A stretch of DNA of 64,000 bases from a virus (IMGVR_UViG_3300032313_000564:4993-68992); one strand, 5' to 3'; positions 28,801 through 38,003 are shown, numbered from the stretch's first letter. A program made the numbers and translations. Notes: a model not told the origin generated them from the sequence alone.

Positions 28801-31800
28801 GACTGCATTTCTATTCTTAACATCTGCAACAATTTGAAGTTCTCCAAATCCATCTGCAGTATCTTTATTTTTACTCCAAGAAGATCGGCGCATAATAAAT
28901 TCTTTTCCAACCATGTCAGACCATCTTCCTTCTTTTATTAATTCAGAAAGAACTGGTGGAAGTGATTGTGGATTTCTTACTCCTCGATGAAGCCTTCCAG
29001 TAAACTTTGTTCTTATTGAAGAAAGATGCTGTTGTACTGCTGGGTCATTTATTGCACCATAGTCACCCATCATGTAATTATAAAGAGCTGATTTTGCTCT
29101 GCTCTCTACATCGCCCAGATCAAATGCTTTTGCGCCAGTTTGCTTCATGTATCCAGATCCACCCTTATAAATTACCTGTGGGGCTACATGCTGATTTCTA
29201 ACTTGTACTGGTCCACGGTATCTTCCAATTTGAAGAGGGCCGTGCAAAGGATCTTGATTAGCTAGATCTTGATAATATGACCTTGGCATTGGATATTTTG
29301 CTTCTCTTGCAGGTAATCCAGTAGTTGGAATTTCTCCGTTTGGGTACTTAGCAAATTGTCTTGCTTGTGACTCCTGTACTTCTGGACTAACTCCATCTTG
29401 ACGCCATGATCTCCAGCCCATAGACTTTTTTGTTAATCTAGGTGGAAGACCACCGTATCCAAATTTACCAATATGAACTTTTCCGCCGAGTGCTCCACCT
29501 GCATTTTTTTCTGCTGCTCTCGCCCAATCTAGATTTGCTGCGTGAAGAAAATCAACATCTTCTTTTCTATTTCCTTCATGCCTTCCTATTTTTACAGTAA
29601 ATCCATCTGCAGACAAGATAGCTTCTTGTGGTGAAGTTGAGGCGCCTCTTTTAGTTCCTTGATATTTATCTACTGAGCTTGTTGCAACCTTAAACTGATT
29701 CCATAGCTTACGCAAGGTTTTATTCCCAGTTTCTCTAATATAATTAGTTATTAAAGAATTAGAAATAGAGTGGTATGGATTATTTCTATCAGTTAACAAT
29801 ACTCCCTTTGCATCCATTTCGGAAAGTCTTAATAAATATGCATTTTCTATTTCAATTGCCAATGCTTTTCTTTCAGCAAGCGGCATAACCTTCGAAGGTA
29901 TTGCGCTCAAGAATCCATCTGTAGAGCCATAGATTTTTCTCTTGGTTCCTCCAAGTAGGCCCTTTGTAGATTTAGTATAATTTCTCAATCCATTTAGGTA
30001 CTCTTTGATCGGTGCTCCCTTAGCGCCATCCTTCATGAGCTCATTTGAATTTCCTGATTTTTTAGAATACAAACCAGTAAATGGTTTTGTAAACCATACA
30101 TCTCCAGCTTTTGCGCCTCTCGGACTAAATCCTGGCACCATTTTCTTTACACCAGATATTGCTGCGCCAAATTTTAATGGGCTGTGAAGTCCAGTTAATC
30201 TTCCATAGTTATTCTTAGAAGACATAACCGCTCCGCCAAGAGCAAGTGGCTTAACCACATTTCCATTATTTGCCCACTCTAATGTAGGCATCATTGGCTG
30301 AGCTATTTCTGGTGGGAAATATGTTTCACCTGGCGTTAGTAGTGCTGGTACAATTTTTCCACCAGTGTTTAAACCTTGAACCGCTATATCTACAAGAGGC
30401 TTATTTTTCTTTGATGCTTCTTGATTTAATATGAATCCGCCTTCTTGCAATAGAGCTGGAGTGTTATCATAATTTATTGACGTATCCCCTGGAACTATGT
30501 TTCCATCTCTGGAAGGATCATATACCCGCCCACCATCATTTAACTTTTTAGGTCTAGGCTTAGTTGTTTCAATACTAAAGCCTCCACCAGAAGTTCTTAC
30601 TCCAAGATTTCTTGCAATTGCATCAATTGTGCTTGCAGTACTACCTTTATGGAATAGCTCCTTCATATTTGATTTTCCGCCTGGACCAATAACAGACTGC
30701 CCAGTTAATGGAACTGTAGTAAGATTTATTCCTCTTCCCATGCTTCCAGCTGCTAATGTAGCAGATTCCGCCATCATCTTTTCTATGACTAAGTTTAATT
30801 GAATTATTTGAGCTCTTGCTTGTTCTACTGTTATTTTTCCAGCTTGAAGTTGTGCAACAATAGCCTTTGATTCTGCTGCTGCAAGTGTTGTTAACTCCAT
30901 CATAGGTGGGAGCATTGCAGAATATGCATCTGAAAGTGATGCTGTTATTGTTCCCGTTGCTGATATTTCTTTTTTAAGTAAAGCTAATTCTGCTTCTGAC
31001 TGAGTTGCAATTGCTGCTGTCATTGCATGCCATCGGGCTGCCTCTTCTGCAACTACGCCAGTAGAGACTCCATTAATTGCAGTTAGTCCGTTAATCTTTG
31101 GCATATCCCCTGTTGCGTACATCTGTGGATTTTTGCCAATTCTTACGTTGACTGGGCCTGGGTTAGGTACGGTTCCAAATATTGTTCCTGGCTGCTCAGT
31201 TGCTGCTGGGATCATGTGAGCCATCTGTCTTGCGTAAGGCTTTCCAATTAATGGGTGGCTCTTGTCTGCCATTCTTTCGCCTTGTACTGCACGAGCAGCA
31301 CCTGTTTGCATTACGGCAGGGTTTCCTTGCATAGTACTAAACGATGCCGATACCGCTACACTAGACGACAAGGCTTTATCTTTTAAGACATCAAATGATT
31401 GTGCAAGAGAATATACTGCATCCTTTAATGTTGCTGAGGCTTTTGCATCACTATAGAATGATTGTTCAAGCAATGTTCCAGCTTTGCTTGCCGCCATTAT
31501 TTCTGGAGTAAGTAGTTTAAATCCGTCTCCACCTTTAAACAAATTCTTAAGATGGAATACACCCTTAATAACATAACCAAAGAAGTTGGCAAGTACACCA
31601 GTAAGCATAAGGAGTGGTCCAGCTAAAGCTGTTAGTCCACCCATAAGTGTTAGTAAGCTCTTTACTGGTCCAGGAAGTTTATCTACAAACTTTACAATGG
31701 CTGAAATTGTTTCTAAAACAAATGTGCTTATCTTTAAAAATGATTCTCCAACTGCAGCCATATCTGCTCTAACTGACTCTAGGGCTCTTCTATATTTTCC

Positions 31801-33267
31801 AGAAGCAGACTCTGTTAGCTGAGCTAATTCTCGCTGAGAAAGATTTGCAAGATCTGTTGTGCTTGCTTTCATAAGATCCATCACTTGAAGTGTCTGAGAT
31901 CCAGATTTTCCTAAGTTATCAAATAGAGCTGACATTCTTGCGAACTGGAATTTACCAAATAATTGTTCAATTGCTTTTGACTTACTTAGTGGATCAAGTG
32001 AGTCAAGTGCAGACTGCAAAGCTAATATTGTTCCAGTTAAATCTCCAGCGTTCTTTTGTACTATCCCGCCAAGATCAATTCCAAAACCTTCAAATGTTTC
32101 AAGAGCTACTTTGGTTGGGTTAATCATGGAAGCCATTGCTGACTTTAGTGCGTTAGCTCCTTCTGAAGCATTAATTCCGCCTTCTTTCATTGCGGTCAAA
32201 TAGAGAGCAAGATCTTTTACGTCTCCGCCAAGTGCTTTTACTACTGGACCAGCTTTTGGAATAGCGGTAACCAAATCATCTAGAGTTGTTGATGTCTGGT
32301 TTTCTACAGCGTTGAGGAAGTCAATTGATTGAGTTAGCTCGTCTGTGCTTTGCTTAAATGCATTCTGAATAGCAAGTGTTGCTTTCATCGCTTCTTGTCT
32401 ATCTACTTCTCCAAGAACTGCAAGTCTTGATGTCTGTATTGTAGACTGAATTAAATCATTTCCTTCTTTACCAGTTGCAGCAATATCAGCAGCTAATGAT
32501 ATAGTTTCCTTATATGAAACTCCATATGAAGAAGCAAGCTCTTTTGCAGTAGCAGATACGTCTTCTCTTACCTTCTTTAATTCTTCAGCAGATTTTGCGC
32601 TTAGCCCGCCGTAAACCTTTGTTAATCTTACAAGCTCTTGATCTGCTTCTCTAAATGCTTTTGCTGACGCAGCACCGAATGCAGCCATAGGAACAGTAAG
32701 TCCAACTGTAAGCTGACGACCAGCCCACTGAGTGTTCTTACCCCAGTTAATCATCTGGTTTGCACCCTGCTGAATAACCTTATTCATGATTGCAGCTTCT
32801 TGTCTTGCAAGGGCCGTCTTATTCTTTATCTCATCAAGACCCTGTGCAATGTGAACATTGTATTGCATTAGGCCTTGTGCGTTTTTACCAAGTGGCTGTA
32901 TTACAGCCTGCTCCATAAGAACCTGTTGCTTAGCAAGGTCCTTTACAATACTGCTTGTTTTGTTTGCATGCTGCTGCCAAGTATTAAAATACTGGCCTAA
33001 TTTCATTCTTCCAGAGTCTAAGTTTTTACCAAACTTTTCAACGTCTGATGTAAGTGTTACAAAGTGAGTAGAGAATTGGCCAGTAGATCTTAGCGTTTCC
33101 GCAAAAGACTTATTCATTACTCCTACCTGATTAGATAGGTTCTTATTAAGACCAATAGTTGTAGCTTGTAACTTTACTAGTTCAGATGTTACTGCCTGTA
33201 GCTGTGCCGTTAAAGCACTAAAGTTAGCCGTTGCGGTTATATTGGTATTAATATTTTGCTCTGCCAA
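25816..33267 (-). CDS. Tape measure protein with inserted cargo domains, including an ADP-ribosyltransferase-like domain
   Basis: 2483 aa, Ala/Gly/Lys-rich, with a TP901-type TMP core (GRQLTVGLTVP...GINASEGANALKS...IEQLFGK); follows the tail chaperones. Confidence 0.93.
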   Translation of the reverse strand: MAEQNINTNITATANFSALTAQLQAVTSELVKLQATTIGLNKNLSNQVGVMNKSFAETLRSTGQFSTHFVTLTSDVEKFGKNLDSGRMKLGQYFNTWQQHANKTSSIVKDLAKQQVLMEQAVIQPLGKNAQGLMQYNVHIAQGLDEIKNKTALARQEAAIMNKVIQQGANQMINWGKNTQWAGRQLTVGLTVPMAAFGAASAKAFREADQELVRLTKVYGGLSAKSAEELKKVREDVSATAKELASSYGVSYKETISLAADIAATGKEGNDLIQSTIQTSRLAVLGEVDRQEAMKATLAIQNAFKQSTDELTQSIDFLNAVENQTSTTLDDLVTAIPKAGPVVKALGGDVKDLALYLTAMKEGGINASEGANALKSAMASMINPTKVALETFEGFGIDLGGIVQKNAGDLTGTILALQSALDSLDPLSKSKAIEQLFGKFQFARMSALFDNLGKSGSQTLQVMDLMKASTTDLANLSQRELAQLTESASGKYRRALESVRADMAAVGESFLKISTFVLETISAIVKFVDKLPGPVKSLLTLMGGLTALAGPLLMLTGVLANFFGYVIKGVFHLKNLFKGGDGFKLLTPEIMAASKAGTLLEQSFYSDAKASATLKDAVYSLAQSFDVLKDKALSSSVAVSASFSTMQGNPAVMQTGAARAVQGERMADKSHPLIGKPYARQMAHMIPAATEQPGTIFGTVPNPGPVNVRIGKNPQMYATGDMPKINGLTAINGVSTGVVAEEAARWHAMTAAIATQSEAELALLKKEISATGTITASLSDAYSAMLPPMMELTTLAAAESKAIVAQLQAGKITVEQARAQIIQLNLVIEKMMAESATLAAGSMGRGINLTTVPLTGQSVIGPGGKSNMKELFHKGSTASTIDAIARNLGVRTSGGGFSIETTKPRPKKLNDGGRVYDPSRDGNIVPGDTSINYDNTPALLQEGGFILNQEASKKNKPLVDIAVQGLNTGGKIVPALLTPGETYFPPEIAQPMMPTLEWANNGNVVKPLALGGAVMSSKNNYGRLTGLHSPLKFGAAISGVKKMVPGFSPRGAKAGDVWFTKPFTGLYSKKSGNSNELMKDGAKGAPIKEYLNGLRNYTKSTKGLLGGTKRKIYGSTDGFLSAIPSKVMPLAERKALAIEIENAYLLRLSEMDAKGVLLTDRNNPYHSISNSLITNYIRETGNKTLRKLWNQFKVATSSVDKYQGTKRGASTSPQEAILSADGFTVKIGRHEGNRKEDVDFLHAANLDWARAAEKNAGGALGGKVHIGKFGYGGLPPRLTKKSMGWRSWRQDGVSPEVQESQARQFAKYPNGEIPTTGLPAREAKYPMPRSYYQDLANQDPLHGPLQIGRYRGPVQVRNQHVAPQVIYKGGSGYMKQTGAKAFDLGDVESRAKSALYNYMMGDYGAINDPAVQQHLSSIRTKFTGRLHRGVRNPQSLPPVLSELIKEGRWSDMVGKEFIMRRSSWSKNKDTADGFGELQIVADVKNRNAVAASEIFPDLTFQSPRGPVKVNESEVYMGGKFRVVSAEKNKIQVEAVYDAAREKGGPVNAGRPYLVGEKGPEIFVPKNSGGIIPGYAGGGEVGKLIGSSLLSSAGFMGGNMLGSMIGGDTGGMIGGMLLSGLVGGLPYMRRGKSAGDGADVAGDAASKLPSKFTKSFPAMEKMSAKLAALGSSGGKFAGVLSKVGGILSRLPLLLNPVGIGIGVVTAAVALGIKRWSDHNEHLRIGMTQYSLTGEAAQKAGLKFTDYNQKMKTTIEDAKALKEANALVYDSMMSAKLPIEMTIEEYKKLRKEVKSTYADQIKLINQTSGSGNLQNVATDLKAQLIAAGLSADEATKKIYAMFKVSEKGSAALASTVKNSAFNSMTDAQTTARYAVSSYARTSKQGGREGAGTVQTAMTAMDTAVQEAIDKSRKAASADKSGKKEVLTQLQAELQVTNQVNQSKERGVTITEETLAELEKTNPAIREFASEQDTVISLWQKIRLTTQGYAGDLSRLNAVQVAGLVSAGTAMQTAIETANSGSGGLLEKQYNNLEKLTAQQKKLMSAAKGQSAASQIKTRDAIKALQKEIDLNNKLADARLKALDIAKTEGDLAREIEKAKLGYNQAVATGDTAKAQQYQLDIKGYQSTMQYNSQVAAIENARDAANVKPQSKIDALNNKNEKLNDAAVIASEGLSKLNDSIVKQKKEIDDVNGSMLALAINAFAAGKDIATYVKESKAAQRQAAVVSNNLKVAGVKVKDGMDAVSSAVSQFTDPKNGIMSAITDSLKNAKIENLFITGKSIKLSSEGSSTGYVKTKAGESFGVDAASFSRTDGSLKEVAQKAATGKQTRQYIAANGAQYWIFEYAGKTYAVEKDGGKRTHSFKNNEVGPVVRAGKGTMKLNPRVPTIVGDEGPEIAYRNMIIPNISSIPYASPKFDIKKANLSPVGSSSGGAQTLNYTQHIHATPGMNEDQLVRKASEAAVKIFQSVTKNNVKMVGESKNIKVASK
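28660..29110 (-). other. ADP-ribosyltransferase-like domain (R-S-E clade) within the TMP
   Basis: Motifs in the correct order: ALYNY..DY..IN, LHRG (28981-28992), SSWS (28873-28884), NESEV (28726-28740), KFRV. Confidence 0.7.
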
Positions 33268-33271
33268 TTAC

Positions 33272-33634
33272 CTACTCCTTTATGTATCCGAGTCCCGCTC
33301 CGATACCAAATCCTGCTTCATTTGCAAAAGATCCTTGTAGGGACACAACGTCGTCTGCTGATGCTGTAATTCCAAGTGCTCTTCTTCTAATATCCTCAAA
33401 AGAAGTATCTTCTTGCTTTTCTTCTAAGTCAACACCTTGCAGTGATGCTAGAAACTTTCTTTCTTCCGTCTGCTTTCGGTTCATCGCCGTAAGCGTTTGT
33501 ACGAGTTCTGGCATTGAAAGATTCTCTTCTAGTTCCTGGTAATTCTTCCAATGTCCAAGGAGAAATGCTTCTCCCTCGAGAGCGGCTAAGTCTAGTTCTG
33601 ACCAGCCAGAACCGCTGCCGCTAGAAGGTTTGGG
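33272..33634 (-). CDS. Tail assembly chaperone, frameshifted C-terminal (gpT-like) part
   Basis: The -1 frame is open from the slippery site: PSSGSGSGWSELDLAALEGEAFLLGHWKNYQELEENLSMPELVQ..., continuing into ORF 33272-33514. Confidence 0.8.
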   Translation of the reverse strand, partial: PKPSSGSGSGWSELDLAALEGEAFLLGHWKNYQELEENLSMPELVQTLTAMNRKQTEERKFLASLQGVDLEEKQEDTSFEDIRRRALGITASADDVVSLQGSFANEAGFGIGAGLGYIKE

Positions 33635-33924
33635 TCGTCCATCTTAATTCCTCCACATACTTCTAGTATGCGGTTGATTGTAGGAACGTCTAATGCATCT
33701 TCTAACGCATCAATATCTTTTACCAATTCTGGTAGTTGTTTTTCAAGTGCAATTGCACACGCTTCAATTAGGATAGAAAGCGTTTCTTCCTCTGCTGTCG
33801 CAGATGCAACCTTTTGAATAGCTACCATAAATTTTCTTAGCTCTTTAATTGTGAGCGGCTTTAGCTTTACGGTTGCGCCATTTTGTAGTGTTACTTCTTC
33901 TACATCATATACTGTTGTTGCCAA
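33592..33924 (-). CDS. Tail assembly chaperone (gpG-like)
   Basis: Lies between the major tail and TMP genes; TTG start with AGGAGG RBS. Confidence 0.85.
   Translation of the reverse strand: MATTVYDVEEVTLQNGATVKLKPLTIKELRKFMVAIQKVASATAEEETLSILIEACAIALEKQLPELVKDIDALEDALDVPTINRILEVCGGIKMDDPNLLAAAVLAGQN
33628..33634 (-). other. Programmed -1 ribosomal frameshift site C CCA AAC
   Basis: X XXY YYZ heptamer in the correct phase (gaC CCA AAC), with a downstream stem-loop (AGCGGC...GTTCTGG/TCAGAAC...GCCGCT). Confidence 0.8.
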
Positions 33925-33953
33925 TTTAATCCTCCTAGGATCTAGTCTTAATT

Positions 33954-33982
33954 ATTGTATCATATAGAAAATACCAGCGCAA
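33954..33982 (-). promoter_or_regulatory. Promoter TTGCGC-17-TACAAT (with extended -10 TG)
   Basis: -35 at 33977-33982 and -10 at 33954-33959, immediately after the terminator. Confidence 0.6.
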
Positions 33983-34018
33983 TAGAAAACCCCCTAATTT
34001 CTTAGGGGGTAATCTATT
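33981..34018 (-). terminator. Intrinsic terminator after the major tail gene
   Basis: ACCCCCTAA-gaaa-TTAGGGGGT followed by TTTCT on the minus strand. Confidence 0.8.
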
Positions 34019-34033
34019 AATTAATAAAATTAA

Positions 34034-34750
34034 TTATGCGCCTGTCTTGTTAAGGACACGGTCTACGATGAAACCATATTCCTGACCAGCCTTTGAACCA
34101 TCTGGGAGCAAACGGAATGTAACTGGGAATGTTGATGCTGCGTTACGAGCCAAAGAGAACTGTGACTGTTGTACAGAAAGAACACGACGTGCATAGTATA
34201 CACGCTCTGCCTTTGTTACTCCTGTTCCAGATGTTGGAGCCTGTCCTACTGCAACTAGCTGACGCTCTGTTGGTGCCTCACCAAGAGCTCCACCAGCAAG
34301 ACCAAGCTTGTCTACTGTTGCTCCATCTGTAAGTGTACCTGAGCTCTGGCCGAATACTGCAAGAATGTTTTCAAGAGTTCCTTCTGCCATTTCTGTTGCG
34401 ATCATAACTTCCATTGACTCCTTGAAAAGCTTTGCTGTATCAAGAAGCTGATCTACTGTTACTGAACCGTATGATGGGTTGTATGTAACCTGAAGACCGT
34501 TGTTTGTGTAACCAACGTTTCTGTAATAGAATGCTGGTGTTGTTGAAGCAGTTACTTCGTTCAAAGTATCTGTGTATGACTTTCCATCAGCTGAAGCTGT
34601 TGGAGCTGAAAAAGCTGGTGCTGTTGAGCCCTGCTCTCCAGGTGCAAAATTTTCTACATATCCTGTAGCTGTAACGTCTAAGTTTGAGATAAATAGTGGT
34701 GAAGCACCAACTAGAATATTCTTAGCATTACCTGCAATTTGATTTGCCAT
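34034..34750 (-). CDS. Major tail (tube) protein
   Basis: NILVGA...VGYTNNGL...VDQ...EGTLENI; strong RBS; precedes the chaperones. Confidence 0.88.
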   Translation of the reverse strand: MANQIAGNAKNILVGASPLFISNLDVTATGYVENFAPGEQGSTAPAFSAPTASADGKSYTDTLNEVTASTTPAFYYRNVGYTNNGLQVTYNPSYGSVTVDQLLDTAKLFKESMEVMIATEMAEGTLENILAVFGQSSGTLTDGATVDKLGLAGGALGEAPTERQLVAVGQAPTSGTGVTKAERVYYARRVLSVQQSQFSLARNAASTFPVTFRLLPDGSKAGQEYGFIVDRVLNKTGA

Positions 34751-34841
34751 GTTGTAAAACCTCCTGTTAAATAAATATATATATATTGACTTACTTTTAA
34801 AGATAAATCAAAAGCTGGCTAGGCTCTTTTCCTCTAGTCTA

Positions 34842-34870
34842 ATTTTATAGTATAAGGGGCCAAAAGGCAA
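34842..34870 (-). promoter_or_regulatory. Promoter TTGCCT-17-TAAAAT for the major tail gene
   Basis: -35 at 34865-34870, -10 at 34842-34847, followed by a leader of about 85 nt. Confidence 0.55.
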
Positions 34871-34871
34871 A

Positions 34872-35381
34872 CTACTCGAAGCGTCCTAGTCGATCAGTAA
34901 CTCTGGCATATTTAACCTCAAGGATTACATCCGTAGAAAGGAATCCGTCAAGCTCCATGGATGGCTCCGTTGGGGTTATTTCTAAGACCATGGTATTAAA
35001 AAATATAATCTTATCTGTATCTTTGCTTTTATTTAGGTCTTTTGCCGAAAGGTCCATTCTCCTAAATACGTCAAGCATTAAATTCCTAATTGAATTAATC
35101 TCAGATACATCTGTAGAGTATATGGTAAATAGTATCTTTTCACAGCAGATCATCCAATTTTCTTCGTAGGATAGCCCTGTCTTGTCATAGACTATATGAG
35201 CCTTTCCGCTCAAAAATTGATTCAGGTCTGGCTGCTGTTGAACTGGGATAATAGGAATTATCTCTGTTCCAGAATTCTCTATATAATAATCTGATGCCTT
35301 AAATAACTTATGAGTCTTTAGCTCTTCCCACAGGTGCTTTCTGATTTCATACATTGCATCTATGTTATAGTCTACCGTCAT
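34872..35381 (-). CDS. Tail terminator protein
   Basis: Position before the major tail gene, size, and HIVYD...FTIYS motif. Confidence 0.7.
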   Translation of the reverse strand: MTVDYNIDAMYEIRKHLWEELKTHKLFKASDYYIENSGTEIIPIIPVQQQPDLNQFLSGKAHIVYDKTGLSYEENWMICCEKILFTIYSTDVSEINSIRNLMLDVFRRMDLSAKDLNKSKDTDKIIFFNTMVLEITPTEPSMELDGFLSTDVILEVKYARVTDRLGRFE

Positions 35382-36169
35382 AATGAACCTCCAAATGATC
35401 TTTCTAGTGCTGCGTCCGCCTGCTTTTTAACTGTGTTTGGCGAGAAAGAATATTTAACTTTCTTGATATCTAAAGGTGCATCTAAAGCTTGAGCCATCTT
35501 TAAATTAAATATGTTCTGGAATCCAGAGTTCCTAATTGCTGCACTCACAAGCTGTCCAGAAAAATATTGACTATACGCCAGCTTAAATTGATTTCTTGCA
35601 GCAGAGCCTCCAGGTCTCTTTACTGTTACAGATGAACCCTTTGGCATAAATACAGTTATGCCGTCTAGTTCAAATACCAATCGTTCTGCTGATTTTGGCC
35701 TAATGACTATAGGTAAACCTATTTCCATTACAGACGCCTTATTTGCAAATATGTACTTTTTCTTTTGCTTTTTATTCTTTGATGGGACTGAGTTCTTTGA
35801 CATCTTGTAATCAAAATCTATTTTAAAAGATAAACCCATAGAGTCTATTTGCTTTAGCTTAAACAGTCTTGCAGTTGGGCTACCAACCCTATTCCACTCG
35901 TATACGTGGTGCAAAGACTGTGGCTTAATTCTAGCTTTTGAATCTATGTATTCCCCAAATTCTTTATCTATCTGAGCAAATATTGTTTTTTTAAAAAGCT
36001 TTTGAAAAGCAGCATTGCTTTCTAGCTTGCTTAATACATTGGCTTGGTAGTATAGTAATGCAGATATCTGCGCTACATTGCTATCTTTTATTGGTCCGCT
36101 TTGAGGTGCGCCAACCATAAGTCTTTCAAGACCGCTGGCAGCTTGTAGTAGGGCGACATTAGATTCCAA
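35378..36169 (-). CDS. Neck/tail-completion protein
   Basis: LHHVYEW...ME.G.P..I.PK motif; TTG start chosen (ORF is open to 36223). Confidence 0.6.
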   Translation of the reverse strand: MESNVALLQAASGLERLMVGAPQSGPIKDSNVAQISALLYYQANVLSKLESNAAFQKLFKKTIFAQIDKEFGEYIDSKARIKPQSLHHVYEWNRVGSPTARLFKLKQIDSMGLSFKIDFDYKMSKNSVPSKNKKQKKKYIFANKASVMEIGLPIVIRPKSAERLVFELDGITVFMPKGSSVTVKRPGGSAARNQFKLAYSQYFSGQLVSAAIRNSGFQNIFNLKMAQALDAPLDIKKVKYSFSPNTVKKQADAALERSFGGSL

Positions 36170-36581
36170 TTGCCTGATTCTCCGATCTCTTTGCAACAGA
36201 GCTGTAGGCAAGAACTGAGCCAAATGGGTCTGTTACTGGAGTAGAACTAACAATCTCAAATACCGTTGGAGTGTCGCTAGGATAATCTATTTCTTTCCAC
36301 AATACGTTTCCATTCATGTCTCTAACATTAGTTATTTTTTCTCTATAAGTTATTTTATCAACAGTTCTGATTTCTAAAACTTGCTCGTCAGAATACCTTG
36401 ATCCAATTACTTGCTGGTCACCGCTTGTAGTGGAAGATTTAGATATAATTCCTTTTGCTGAGCAAGGAACTGTTCTTATGTAAGACCATTCTTTTTTTAT
36501 AGCACCAGTATTTATATCTTGCGTGTTTGATTGCTCATAGACATCAAGCTGGAGTGGCATTAGTGATGCTACCAAGCTCAT
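36159..36581 (-). CDS. Head-to-tail stopper
   Basis: Synteny after the adaptor; D..TG...K.W motif; 140 aa. Confidence 0.7.
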   Translation of the reverse strand: MSLVASLMPLQLDVYEQSNTQDINTGAIKKEWSYIRTVPCSAKGIISKSSTTSGDQQVIGSRYSDEQVLEIRTVDKITYREKITNVRDMNGNVLWKEIDYPSDTPTVFEIVSSTPVTDPFGSVLAYSSVAKRSENQAIGI

Positions 36582-37568
36582 TTAAAATGCTACCATTCCA
36601 TTCAATACGTATGGTGAAAGAAGTTGATCTGCATATAGGTTACCAGTGCCCCTGTGAGCATCTTCCATAAATTCAAACTTCCAATCAAATGTACTAATGT
36701 TCTTTACGTATTTATCTTTCCATGCACGGTCTTTATCAAAGAATTGCTTAATAAGTATAATGCAAGCTTCTTCTACATTGTCTGGTACAGAGCCCCATCC
36801 AAATCTACCAGAAACTGAATACCTAACATCTTTTCTAAATGCACCTGAAGAAGATGCATCGTGAATTGAAGGTGGGACTAATCCATTTGCTGTATAAACT
36901 AGACCGTCTAAATTATCTTGTCTGTTAACACGTATTCCAAAATTTGACTCTGAAATTATAGGTGTGTATACCCAGTTGTTTACATTATTAATTTTATCCG
37001 TAACAAGAATATCATTCTCATACAGTTCATGAATCTCGCTTAATCTAAATGGCAACGGAAGAATGTCTGATCCTGACCCATACACAATTTGTGTATCATC
37101 ATATAGATAAAAAGATTGATTTGTGTAGATCTCTATAAGTTTTCTTGCATACTTTTCTGCCATTTGTAATTCATGGTAGGTCTTGTAGTTTGGATCAGAT
37201 GAATCCGTTCCAAAGCCTAAATCATCAATTACGTCTGATAGGTTTGCATATGGGGTAACTACATCAATAAAATATACATGAGATGCGCTATTTCCACTAA
37301 TGGAATACCGCCACTCTATTTTGAATTTTCTATTTCTTCTACAAAGACTAAATGGTATGACAATTTCATATGTTCCCACATCTGTTTCAGACTTTGTAGC
37401 CGTATATGTGCCAAGCGGCACAGTAGGGTTAACTGCTGGAGAAATGGTGCCGTCTTCAGTAATATCATATACTACCGCTGTAACAGCTCCGTCTGCATCT
37501 GTTAATTCCCCACCCCAAAATATTTTTGTTTTTACTGGTGAAGTTTGATCTTTATAGATTTCTGCCAT
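36582..37568 (-). CDS. Head-to-tail adaptor
   Basis: PYA...A...IE.YT...FGW..VPDNVEEAC...TGN..AD.LL.PY pattern, plus an extra N-terminal beta domain. Confidence 0.8.
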   Translation of the reverse strand: MAEIYKDQTSPVKTKIFWGGELTDADGAVTAVVYDITEDGTISPAVNPTVPLGTYTATKSETDVGTYEIVIPFSLCRRNRKFKIEWRYSISGNSASHVYFIDVVTPYANLSDVIDDLGFGTDSSDPNYKTYHELQMAEKYARKLIEIYTNQSFYLYDDTQIVYGSGSDILPLPFRLSEIHELYENDILVTDKINNVNNWVYTPIISESNFGIRVNRQDNLDGLVYTANGLVPPSIHDASSSGAFRKDVRYSVSGRFGWGSVPDNVEEACIILIKQFFDKDRAWKDKYVKNISTFDWKFEFMEDAHRGTGNLYADQLLSPYVLNGMVAF

Positions 37569-37581
37569 TATGTGCTAACGT

Positions 37582-37974
37582 TTAGTTGTAGAAGTCCTGA
37601 ACTTCCTTTGGTGTCGCTAAACGAAAACCCTCCTCTGTATCAAAGATTTTTTGAGCATCTTCTTCTGACATTGCCACAAACGGATGTTCCTTTGTAAAAG
37701 TGTAACCGAAGATATCATATCTGTGATTTTCTCTGGTCATTCTAACAAGAATCGTATCCTTTGGCTGAGCCTTTGGATCAAACTTTGGAAGAATTTCAAT
37801 CTCTTCTTTATTCTTTTCAATTGCTTCAATTGTATCCTGGTAAACACTCCAGGTTACGCCTTCTTCGGATAGTGCTGCAATTATGTCTTTTTTGTTTTTT
37901 AAGTTTTCTGTGTCAACTGCAAAGTCTGTTGCAATTACTTTTAATTCGGCTACTTTTAATGTGTCAAACGACAT
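37582..37974 (-). CDS. Capsid-associated protein with an N-terminal Rho-N/SAP-like helical motif
   Basis: LKVAELKVIA...KKDIIAAL; directly after the capsid gene. Confidence 0.65.
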   Translation of the reverse strand: MSFDTLKVAELKVIATDFAVDTENLKNKKDIIAALSEEGVTWSVYQDTIEAIEKNKEEIEILPKFDPKAQPKDTILVRMTRENHRYDIFGYTFTKEHPFVAMSEEDAQKIFDTEEGFRLATPKEVQDFYN

Positions 37975-38003
37975 ATTTATTTCTCCTCTTTCTAGGTTCT
38001 TTA

